Of a DNA stretch of 64,000 bases, positions 13,805 through 24,576 are shown one piece after another. The position numbers were made by a program, and so were the translations under genes. The notes under the pieces were generated by a model. That model was given only the letters and a program-made list of their open reading frames with translations, did no database searches and was not told the origin of the DNA. This DNA comes from Psammoneis japonica (taxonomy: Eukaryota). The stretch lies in NCBI GenBank assembly GCA_008632985.1, contig QPGO01000007.1, positions 620,001 to 684,000 of the forward strand, given 5' to 3'. Numbering within the stretch: position 1 is the stretch's first letter; each line of letters starts with the position of its first letter.

Positions 13805-15885
13805 GATTGACAGTCTTGCTCATTGTCAACCCATTGAGCAACCGCCATCGTCGTCGTTGATTTACCGACGATGCCACCCTCAATTCTGCGTGGACCTCCG
13901 CATGTGTTCTGCGTACATCGGCAAGTCTGCGCGCATTCAACACCAGGCATCGGCAGGAATTTAACGTCACAGTCAAGTCTCCTCATCGCTGGACATCTGG
14001 ATTGATCACACTGCCTTTTGTCGCTGAAGACATGCATTCAACGGTCATGTCCAAGTCTGTCCTTGATCCTCATCCCTTTGTGTGCCCACTCAACGGTTAA
14101 CGGTCAAGAACCCCACACATTCAAGGATCTTCGTCGCTGAAGACATGCATGTGTGCACATCTTCACGGCCAAGAACTTGTGCCCACTCTTTGGACTGCGG
14201 CTTTGCCACCACTCTACAAGCACACCGAGTCCGTTGCACCTGATCTGCCCCAGACCACTGGTGCTCTGCAGTTCCACTGGGTCCACGAGGACGACTGTGA
14301 GAGCAAGCAGCCGTGATCACAGCCCACGTTGGGGCGAGGGTGTTTTCCCGCGTTTGTTCGTTTGTCCACAGCACCCAATGCCTGCGTCAACTGGCCAGCC
14401 TGATCGGGAAATCCAACCGACACAAAATAAGAATGGCCCAGGGGTCTTGTCCACCTCTGGTCAGCTTGCCTGCAGGGGTTTGCAACCCGCTGCTCCGCTC
14501 GCAAGCAACCCAAAGCGCCGCCAGCTGCGGGTTCGGACGTGCCGGCACAACTCTATGGACCGGACAGGAAGTGTGGCACTTGACAACGAACGGGATGGCA
14601 CAACCCAGCGACTTCTGATTTTAAGATGGTCCAAGATTTCAAGTCAAGTCTAGCTCAAGTCAAGTCTTTTTCAAGCCAAGTTCCAAGTCAAAACTCCGAG
14701 TCAAGATCGCGCTCTAGATTGGTTCCTGTCTTTTGTTTCTGCTGCACCGTCCTCCGTCATGGTTCTCACGTGACAGCAACAAACCAAAAGCTTCAAATGC
14801 ATTCCAGGCACTGTGCTCAATCAAGACGATGACAGCCCTCTTCATTCTGCCCTGTCCATCAATGGGATTGAATCGTGTGAGGAGTTGTTCACGTTCTCAC
14901 CCACCCAAATTGATGCCCTCACTTGCAGAGACGGCGCCAATGCAGTGCCTTTGCCATGGACCCACAGAAACCTCCTGGCAGCTTTGATCAGCTTCTAGTT
15001 TGTCAAAGTTTGCAATGGTGATGATGTGACCAATGAACCCCAGTTGCTCACACCCGACGAATTTCGCAACTGCCGCCTCGGTCCGGACCACTTGACCTCT
15101 CTAGCCACTGGCGCAACACCCTCCGCACCTGTGCCGAGTCCCTTGCCATCCAAACCAGGTGAACCCAGTGCCATTTTGACACCAGCCTTGCACTGTGCCG
15201 CCACTCAGGTGTCCCCTGGAAGTGGTGTCAGTCGCGCCCCGCATGTCTTGACCAACCCGCCTGCAAGCAACCTCGGCCCAGTGCAGGATTGCAGCCCTTG
15301 CACAGGCCCGCACTTCAAGACCAGTTGGGACACTCCACCCATGGCTTCCAAAGCTGCAGTCTTTGCACCCCGCAAACCACGTGCTGCCAACCTCCACATG
15401 TCGACCGCTGTCACCCTTCACAGTCTTCGTTTGGGAAGTGATGGAGATGACAACTTGCTTCTCGCATCTCCTGATGGGGAGCCTCCTTTTCCCGTCATTG
15501 AATCTGTTCACAACAGTTCAACCGGTTCATCAGATGGGGAGTTCAGGACATCCAAGCAGCTTCGTTGTCTTCGGATCCTCCAAGCATCACACCATGAGAC
15601 CAGGCCTCCTGACTGGATGCTCCAAGTCTCGTACCTCAAGACTGGGCCTCCTGATTGGATGCCCCAAGTCTCGCACCTCGAGACTGGGCCTCCTGATTGG
15701 ATGCCTCAAGTCTCGTGCCTCGAGACTGGGCCTCCTGATTGGATGCCCCAAGTGTCGCACCTCGAGTCCAGGTCTCCTGATTGGATGTCCCAAGTCTCGC
15801 ACCTCGAGACCAGGCCTCCTGATTGGATGCGCCTCAAGTCTCGTGCCTCGAGACTGGGCCTCCTGGTTGGATCCCCCAAGTCTCG

Positions 15886-16264
15886 TGCACCATGCTCGAA
15901 GAACGAGTGCAAACGAAAGTGGAACGAAGTTCAAAAGGTGAAAATTGTGAGAATTGTTTCTGCGCAATCATTTTGGGTTTCTCCGAACGGGTTCTCAACA
16001 GCCCAAACCTTTTGCACTGCTCCCACAGGCAAAAGGCCTTTCGGAGAATGTGATCGTGACGACAGATTGTCCGGATACGATTGACATTGACACATGAGAT
16101 GTCAACATCATCGTATGATCGCATTTGCGATTCTCGACATCCGATCACTTCTGTGTGACTGATCTGTGCTTCGTACGAACCCACGATTGACGCACGATTG
16201 AAATGTGCTTTTATTCAACACACAGATGTGCACATGCAACACGTGCATGACAACGCATGTTGCA
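15886..16264 (-). repeat. Gypsy 3' LTR (379 bp)
   Basis: Aligns without gaps to 20695-21073; TG...CA ends. Confidence 0.93.
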
Positions 16265-16290
16265 TTCGCCTCCCCAATTGCACACTGGAG

Positions 16291-19200
16291 TCAGTCGTTA
16301 AACGGCATTGTTCGACGAATGTTGACAGTGTCAACAACGTTGCCGCGTTTGATCTGCACTGTGCCATCAGTGTGTGCCGTTGTCATTGCATGCGGTCCAA
16401 CACAGGGCTGTTCTAATTTTTGCGAGTCTTTCTCGAGCAGTGTCTTTTCTCCCACTCTGTGCGCGCAAGGAGTGCGCCGAGCATTCTCTCGAGCGTCATT
16501 TTTATTTGTGATTTCTTGTTTTCGCTGCTGGATTGGTTTCCAGTCTGCGACATGTTGGACGTTAAATGTCATGTCTCCATTGAAGACTGGTTGTTCTGGT
16601 GCAGCTTGCGCAGTGGTGTGATGCACAGAATGCACCGCAAACGCTGCCGCTGACAGCATTCCAGCGAAAGGATCCTCAGCATCTAGAGGTGCATGTTGCA
16701 AATCAAATGCACGGAGCATGTTCCCCAGCACTTGATGTGCGCGTTCAATGATTGCGTTTGCTTGTGGATTTCGTGCAGTTGTGGGCTTGACTTCAATGCC
16801 ATGATCATCTTGCACCATTTCTCTAAATTGGTGTCCGATGAACTCACTTCCACGGTCACATGTAATTGACAATGGCCAAGGACATCTGCCTGACCATGTT
16901 CGTTCTAGCAGTCCAGCTGCAGCCATGGACTCCTTATTTGGGATTTCCACAACTTCAAACCATCCGGTTGCTGGATCGATCATAGTTAAACATTTCAGGA
17001 CTGGGGTTTTTTTCTTTCCCTTACGACGTATTTTGTATGGCCCAATAAGGTCCACACATAGTCGTTCCCATGGTACGGATTCTGCGCACTTAGGAGGTAA
17101 ATGTCCATATTTCTTGTGTTTCTTTTTGAATTTTTGGCACGTCTCACATATCGACACGTATTTTCGTATGTCTTCACGTAAGGTGGACCACCATAGGTGT
17201 TGTGAGATTGTTTCTTCTGTTCGATTTATGCCAGGGTGAAGAAGGTACGTATGATACCAATCTATCACTGCCTTTTGTAACGTCCTCGGGACGACAATTT
17301 TATCCTTATGACATATGAGCAACCGGTCTCGCTCGCCTCCACGAAAAGTCTTCGTATGAAACGTCTTATTTGACAATTGGGAGAGAATGTCTTTGTCCCG
17401 TTTTTGTTCATAATCAAGAACTTTGTAATTTAACGGAAAGACATTGTCGTAGGATTTTGGTAGGACCTTTTCAGCTAGCTCTTCTGTGCTGAGGGTTTCC
17501 ATAGGTTCTATTTTCTTCATAGTAAGTCGGCTAATCGCATCTGCGACAATATTTGCCTTGCCCTCAAGGTGTGTTATTTTGGGACTGTATTCTTCTATTA
17601 TTAGACGCCAACGCATGACTCTGTCCGTTGTGAAATTTTTGTGTGTGAGATTTTTGTGATCCGTATATATATTTATCTGTTGGCCAAACAGTATATTGCG
17701 GAACTCTTTTAACGTCTCCACTATGGACAATAGTTCTTTTTCTGTTGTAGTGTGACGCGTTTGCGCTCCATTCAGCTTGCGGCTGTAGAAGGCAATTGGT
17801 CGGTTTTTCTGAGTAATAACCGCCCCCAATTGAGAATTACTGGCATCGGCACGTATCTCAAAGGGTGTGTTAAAATTCGGGCACGACAATGGCATGTCTT
17901 TGGAGATGATGCGCTTCACATTTTCGAAGGCTTTTTGTTCTGTTTCGGTCCATTGCCACTTCACTTGGGTAGAAGTGAGTTTGGCTAAAGGAGCTAAAAC
18001 ATGAGATCGTCGAGGCCACATGTCTCGACAGCAGTTGATCACACCGATGAAGCGCCGCAATTCCTTGCGAGTTTCAGGAGTTGCGATCGCGTGAATCGCT
18101 TCTGCTTTTTTTGGAATCGGACTGATGCCCTTGCGGGTGATGTGAAAGCCCAGACAGTCTGCTTCGGGTTTAGCGAAAAAGGACTTCTCGGCGTTGACCT
18201 TCAATCCGGCTTGTTCCAGGCGCAAGAACACCGTTTCAAGCTTCTTGAGGTGGTCTTGAAAACCACCTTTTGCAAGACACAATGTGTCGTCAACACAAGT
18301 TCTGACGAACTCCAGACCTGCCATGAGCTCACTCATGTGCTCTTGGAAAATGTCTGGAGCTCCACAGATTCCCATCGGGAGTCCACAGCACTCACACTTG
18401 CCCCAAGGCATGACGATCGTGCACAAGCGACGTGCATGTGGCGTCAATTCGATGTGACAGTGTCCCATGTTTAAATCCAGGGACATTGCATGCATGAAGC
18501 CTTCGAGCTTCTGCAGCATGTCCTGAACATTGGGTGGAGGAAACGGAGTGCGAATTAACCTCTCATTCAGCTCACAAAAGTCGGGTGAGAACCGAACTCT
18601 ACCATTTTTCTTGGGTTGAACAAAGGTTGGAGCCGCCCATTCAGAACATTTTATTTTTCTCAAGACTTTCAACTTGCATGGTCTTTCAACCTCCTTACAA
18701 GCAGTCGCCTCCAAGGCTTGTGGTGCGGGAAATGGTTTGGCATGATGCGGACTCACGCCCGATTTCAACTTTAAATCCACCGGTTTCCTGGTCCATTTGC
18801 CCAGAGAACCATCAAAAAGGTTTTCAAATCTTTTTAAGAGGAACTTCAGCTGCTTCTGCTCTTCAGGAGTTAGATGAGCAGCTGCTGCGGTCACATTGTT
18901 GAGGTTTGCAGCGTGACAGTCTGAGTCAAGGATCCGATTGACCCTGTCATTAAGACTGATCACTGCATGAGATTCCTCAATGTGATCGGCAATCAACTTA
19001 AAAACATCGGCATCAAAGAGTGTGTCAACATTCTTCACAGGAGTGGTTGCATCTTCCCATTTAATCTCTTCATTCGAGAAGTCCAATGTTGTCCCAAGAC
19101 TTGACATTAAGTCGCGTCCCATGATCACATCACAACAACTCGAAGAAGAAGGGGAGCTGTCAACATGTGCCGTTGTTTCAATCATCTCATGTTTGTCAAA

Positions 19201-19395
19201 TTTGGGCAAGGAGAATTGGATCTTACATCGACTGTCAGTCGTGAAGAGCCCTCCTTTGGTTTCCCAGAGTTTGGTGGCGGATGCTTTTGTTCTGAGTTTC
19301 CGCGTGAATTTGCACAAAATTATGGTTGGCGATGTTCCGCTGTCGAGGAGAACGCGCAGAGGCTTGTTTTTCGCCTTGCCCAATGAAGTGTTCAC
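16291..19395 (-). pseudogene. pol: Gypsy pol (protease, RT, RNase H, integrase); frame open but missense-damaged
   Basis: 'LLDSG', 'LPMG...APDIFQ', 'CVDD' in place of Y(I/L)DD, 'DAS..QLGAV', 'YTDHKNL', 'HPG...C..CQ', 'CDRGSEF' and 'NPQANAIIERAHQ'. Confidence 0.93.
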
Positions 19396-19527
19396 ATGGG
19401 CGACGACTGCTGGACTAGTGTGAATTACTTTGGCCCTTTTTCTGGGCTTCCCAATGTCCAGCAGAGCGCAAGACTCCTCTTGCGGTGCAAGTCATTCCTC
19501 AGAATCACTGCGCGTCATTTTTTCAAA

Positions 19528-20658
19528 CTAACAATTTTCCTTGTCAAGGGTGTCAGAATCACAATCTTTGCTCTTGTGTTTTTTGTCATTGTTCGAAGAA
19601 CTCGCTTTGAGTGTTTTTTGAACTGCTTGGATCGCCATGGCATTCAACTCTTCTTTGCGAGCGGCGTTGTCGTTATCGCGACGAGACCACGTGCGATTGC
19701 CATTTGAACGGCGCCGTTTCGGGTCGGGTTCATAGTTCCCACGGCGTTCTTTCGCAAGTCTTTTGATCGACCAGCACTTGTCCGTGTCATGAGTGGATTT
19801 CTCGCGTGAAATGCACCACTTCTCGGACTGAGATTTTTCGGCACCATGTTGGTGACCATTTTTGGAACCACGTTGGGAACCACGTTGGGAACCACTCTTG
19901 GCTTTTGATGCAGTGCCGCCACTGCCATCAGCCTTGGCATGAATGCCATCAAACATGTCTTCTGCGACCTCTGGGCGCTCCAAGAACTCAACCAACTCGT
20001 CACAGGTGTGTTTCAAAATTTCGAAACCCTGGACGGTCGACTGACGCTGCCACTTTCGAGGTGCAAGGTTGAAGAGGATGTCCTTGAGCTCGTCGTCCTC
20101 GATCTTCTGTTCCTTCCCAAAAGGAGGATAGAACTTGAGGTCTTCGTTGACTTCCTGGACCCAAGCAGCAATTTCGCGCACTTTCATGGACTCCGGCTTC
20201 TTGAGATCACGACGCAAATAACGTTTCTGCACCGAAAGTGCGTTCTTGGGAAACACATGCCTTGTGAGATGTTGCAGGCATTTCTCAAAGCTTCCTTCCG
20301 CAGATTCGTCTTCAAGGTTCGCTGCCGCATTCTCAAAAGCACGTAGAGCGTCTCCTTGGAGTGACATGCGCATGAGACGAAACTTGTCAGATTGCTTCCT
20401 GATGTTCTGGCCCACTGGAAGTTGATCGTAGCTCTTGAGAAATTCGATGAACTTGGGGACACCTTGTTTCTTGTAGCACTCAACATTGATGGTGCAGGTG
20501 CGGCTGTCCTTCTTCTCGGGATGAAAACGTTGCTCCATCTTGAGGTGCTGGCTCGGTTTGAGGCTCTTTGGCTCGGAGTTCGATTCCAGCGGTTGAGGGA
20601 CGATTTTCTCCTGCCTTAACGAAGTTTTGGCGTTGGTTGCATGAGGTGAAAGCTTCAT
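19528..20658 (-). pseudogene. gag: Gypsy gag, in the same frame as pol
   Basis: Lies between the 5' LTR and pol; 'QKRYLRRDLKKP' and a degenerate Zn knuckle 'WCISREKSTHDTDKC'. Confidence 0.85.
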
Positions 20659-20694
20659 CTTGAACTTGTTACCTTCTGTGGTGTGTACACACAA

Positions 20695-21073
20695 TGCACT
20701 GTGCTCGAAGAACGAGTGCAAACGAAAGTAGAACGAAGTTCAAAAGGTGAAAATTATGAGAATTATTTCTGCGCAATCATTTTGGGTTTCTCCGAACGGG
20801 TTCTCAACAGCCTAAACCTTTTGCACTGCTCCCACAGGCAAAGGGCCTTTCGGAGAATATGATCGTGACGACAGATTGTCCGGATACGATTGATGTTGAC
20901 ACACAAGATGTCAACATCATCGTACGATCGCATTTGCGATTCTTGACATCGGATCACTTCTGTGTGACTGATCTGCACTTCGCACGAACCCACGATTGAC
21001 GTACGATTGAAACACACTTTTATTTAACACATGGACATGCATGTGTGACACGTGCATGACAACGCATGTTGCA
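20695..21073 (-). repeat. Gypsy 5' LTR (379 bp)
   Basis: Aligns to 15886-16264. Confidence 0.93.
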
Positions 21074-22073
21074 CTCGTACCTCGAGACTGGGCCTCCTGA
21101 TTGGATGCCTCAAGTCTCGTACATCCAGACTGGGCCTCCTGATCGGATGCCCCAAGTCTCGTGCCTTGAGACCAGGCCTCCCAACTGGACTCTCCACGTC
21201 TCGTGCCTTGAGACCGGGCCTCCCAATTGGATCCTCCACGTTTCACACCTCAGGACTCGGCCTCCGGATTGGATCCCTCAAGTCTTGCGCCACGAGACTC
21301 GGCCTCCTGATTGGATCCCCCAAGTCTCGCACCTCAAGACTTGGCCTCCTGATTGGATCCCCAAAGACTCGTGTCACAAGACTGGCAAGTCCTTTTGGAT
21401 CCCAGAAGTCTTGCAGCACGGGACTGGTTGCCCCAATCAGACATCTGCAGCCTTGCACCACAAGATGTCTTGCTCCAATCCGATCCCCGAAGGCTTGCAC
21501 CTTGAGACTCGTTTCTCCAATTGGATCAGTCTCTCAGGAGATGCAGCTGAGCTTGCAATTGGATTGGTGGAACACAAGACCACCGCTTGTGCCTTTGAAC
21601 TCATGCTTGCTCTGTTCCCCGAGTCGTGCAAACGCCATGCCACCCTGCACGAGCACTGCTCTGTTTTTCCAGCAGCAGCCCAGTGTGGCAACAGTCCCAA
21701 GAACCAACAGACGGCCATCAGTCTTTATGACCTTCGCTCAGGAAGTGAAGGCGATGTCAACTTGTTTGCATTGTCCTGCAATGTTGCCCCGCCGTTCAAC
21801 ATTGTCAACCAGACCAAGCTTTGCTCCTTCCATTGCAAGTGCAGATGTGGAATCCCACAAGATCCCAAGTGTGCCTTGAGCTTTGAAAAGCACAACGGCA
21901 TCTGCAATTGGGGAGACGCTGCTCATTTCAAGATGACCCACTTGGAGAATGCAACGTTGCTCTTGGATCTTGATCCTTTCTTGTCTCCTCATGTTTTGGT
22001 GCTTTGACTCCAAAGTTCTTCAGTCAATCCGAAGTCGAATCTGTTTTTGTGACTCCTCAAGCAAACTGGGGAG

Positions 22074-22349
22074 TGACAGGATTTGAACAGGATTTGGGTG
22101 CGCGCAAAATGTCGCGTGCTGTTTGGTTTGCCGCGCACAGTTTTGTGTGCTTTAGTTCCGCGCGTTCGCGTGCGATGTAGTTTGCTTTCAAGCCACAAGG
22201 CTCACAAGAATGACAACAGCAGCCCGATTGTGCCGACTTGCACGTCTTTCGGCTCCTGCAACGGTCTCTGAGCAGAGACTCATCTGCTGTTTAGACAGCA
22301 GCAAGGAGTCATTGTTTGAATTCTTGCCATTTGCCTTCAATTTCTGTCA
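22074..22349 (+). repeat. Copia 3' LTR
   Basis: Direct repeat of 13529-13804, preceded by GGGGAG. Confidence 0.9.
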
Positions 22350-22350
22350 G

Positions 22351-22524
22351 AGACATGCAAGTCAGTGTAATCGGGCTGCTGTCATTGTTCTTGTGAGCCT
22401 TGTGGCTCGAAAGCAAACTACATCACGTGCGAACGTGCGGAACCAAAGCACACAAAACTGTGTGCGGCAAACTAAACAGCGTGCGACATTTCGCGCGCAC
22501 CTAAATCCTGTTCAAATCCTGTCA
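22351..22524 (-). repeat. Inverted copy of the first ~174 bp of the Copia LTR
   Basis: Ends ...AAATCCTGTTCAAATCCTGTCA, the reverse complement of the LTR start. Confidence 0.9.
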
Positions 22525-24576
22525 CGTTGGACCCAAGCAGCGCAGCAGAAATTTGGTCATTGGAAATGACTTGTTGCTCAAGTGCAGCACGTGTGTGTGC
22601 CAAGATGTGCGGGGCACACATTGTGCATGGTGACTTTAAACACATGGTTGTTGCTTGCTGTTGTGTGTTTCCGTTGGTTGGCACTCTTGCTTCAAGTGAT
22701 TTGCGACCACAAAAATCACACATCATTTCGTCTCACCTTTTTTTCTCACAACACCACACTTGGCCGGCAGAGTGCAGAGTGTGGGAGAATGGCACTTGTC
22801 ATTCAACGAGAGCACCGTGACTTGTCGGCAAGATTTGATCATGTTGGCATGCAGGCAAACATGGTGGCACTCAATGGCAAGGCACCAGCGAGGGTGCGGA
22901 TTTTGATGATGACGGCAAGATTCAGCATGAGTTGCCAGCATCAACATTTGTTTGTCAGACAAGCAAATTCTCTGCATCCTCCATTGCTCTGCTCTGATGC
23001 ACTTGGCCCCGCTCCCGGTGTGCATCGCGCATGATGCACATGCGAACTTCAGAAAATCGCCCAAAATCGCTGACGTGCATCGTGGGCGATGCACGTGAAG
23101 TCTTTTTTGGCACTGCTTTGTTGCTGAAACTTGTCTCTTCAGCAAGAGCCTCTGTTGATGAATGTCAACACATCCTCGTCTTCTGCTGCGCTTGATGTGC
23201 TTTGTGCTGTTTTTCCAGGGTTTGATTGGCTTGTCTCGTCCTCCAACAATTGTTTCATTGACTGCCTCTCGGAAAGTGCGAGACAACAACACGACAACAA
23301 GGTGCGAAAACTTCCGACTGCGTTGCACTGTCTAGAAACATTTCCGGGTGAGGGAAGCAAATCCGGGTGATTGCAGCGACTTCACACGTGGAAAAGACGT
23401 GGAAATGCACACTGAGTGCATCGCCCACAGTGCACATGTGCAGAAGCCACGCAAGTTTTCCCGCCACAAACACCCAATGTTTACATCATGTCAGCTTCGA
23501 CAAGAACAGTTGAACTTGGCTCTTTTTTGCTTTCAGGGAAGAACAACCTCTGTGTTGACTGTGAGATTCACGCAGTCAGTCCGATTCAAGCTCTGCGGGG
23601 GAAAAGCACGAGAGGTCTGAATCAGTGTGCATCATGCGTGATGCACACAATTCGGGGAGTGGGGTTAGGGCCCTGGGCAAATGCATGTATGAGTTAGCCG
23701 GGGTGGGGCTAGTTGGTCGTGCACGTTTGGGTTCGATGTGATGAGCAACCAGCCATGACACGGCGTGGGTCAAAACGTTGTAAAATGACTCGACAACAAG
23801 CAGTGAGAAGAAACCCAGCTTCACCCATGAATACAGCGCGTAAATATTGTCCAATCGATTTGATCGTATCTGGAAATACCAACTGGTAGACAAGTGAACG
23901 GCGTTTGCGTTGCTCGCCATGGTGTTGTTGTGCGTTGTCGTGCCCGCTGTTATTGCGCGCGAAGGGGATCTATTTTGCCCATAGTGAATCTGTTTTGCCA
24001 ATAGTAGATATTTTACTATATGCAATCGGGAGATATTTTGAGAAGCGCTTCGCGACAAATCTGTTCGGACCGTTAAATAGAACTTTTTTTATCCAGATTC
24101 CAGAGTTCTTTCGGGGTGTTCTGTCAGATTTTTTAACAAGTATATGTGTAAATTAAAGGCATTAGAAAATTCAATGATATGTAAAACCCTAAGAGACGAA
24201 CATAAATTTATCTTCCATGTAGACCACGTAGATTGTGTACCGGCGGAAAATCCACCGCATGTCAACTCACTCAGTAGTAATTCTACGTATATTCTACTTA
24301 CACCTCACACGCGTACACACACCTACACAGTCTAATAACCGCGCACACGTGCGCGAGACCACACATGCGAATGCAACTTAGACATCGATATAGAAACACA
24401 TGTTTTTTACTGTATTTACACGCCAACGAAGACCGTTAAATGTCAGGTCAGCTTGTGCGTTCTTCTCTTCCCTCATAAACCTTACCTTCGGTTTTCGGTT
24501 GTGCTTGGTGCATCTGCCAGCATCTCCTTTGACCGACGGCAGAGTCTGTGAAAGAGTCGCCGCATTTGTTTTTGTC

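Larger units (their letters stand above)
15886..21073 (-). mobile_element. Full-length Ty3/Gypsy LTR retrotransposon, hypermutated; 4-bp TSD CTCG
   Basis: 379-bp LTRs; minus-strand purine tract GGGGAGGCGAA next to the 3' LTR; gag then PR-RT-RH-IN; CTCG at 15882-15885 and 21074-21077. Confidence 0.95.
15593..21530 (+). repeat. 42-bp tandem array (~18 units, LETGPPDWMPQVS[Y/H/C]) split by the Gypsy insertion: 15593-15885 and 21074-~21530
   Basis: Unit ctcgagactgggcctcctgattggatgccccaagtctcg(ta/ca/tg)c, head-to-tail, with no unique spacers; degenerates to the right. Confidence 0.9.
13529..22524 (+). mobile_element. Internally deleted Ty1/Copia (diatom CoDi-like) LTR retrotransposon with an extra inverted partial LTR; 5-bp TSD CGTTG
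   Basis: 276-bp TG...CA direct repeats at 13529-13804 and 22074-22349; purine tract GGGGAG before the 3' LTR; CGTTG at 13524-13528 and 22525-22529. Remnants resemble gag ('DDSPLHSALSINGI', ~14820) and the pre-RT region ('CRCGIPQDPKCALSFEKHNGICNWGDA', ~21840); family recognised from memory. Confidence 0.8.
13230..23690. other. TpA-depleted transposon block A (unidentified outer sequence containing a Copia element, which contains a Gypsy element)
   Basis: TA nearly absent from ~13240 onward except 16980-17850; nested elements are delimited by TSDs. Confidence 0.8.

Noticed and set aside
15886..21073. ADAR-type RNA editing, RT error or DGR-style adenine mutagenesis
   Set aside because: Changes occur on both strands, differ between the two LTRs, are transitions only, and also affect TIR elements and flanks. 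There is no template/variable repeat pair.
15593..21530. 42-bp array as a CRISPR array
   Set aside because: Head-to-tail units without unique spacers, no cas genes, and it lies inside a eukaryotic LTR element.
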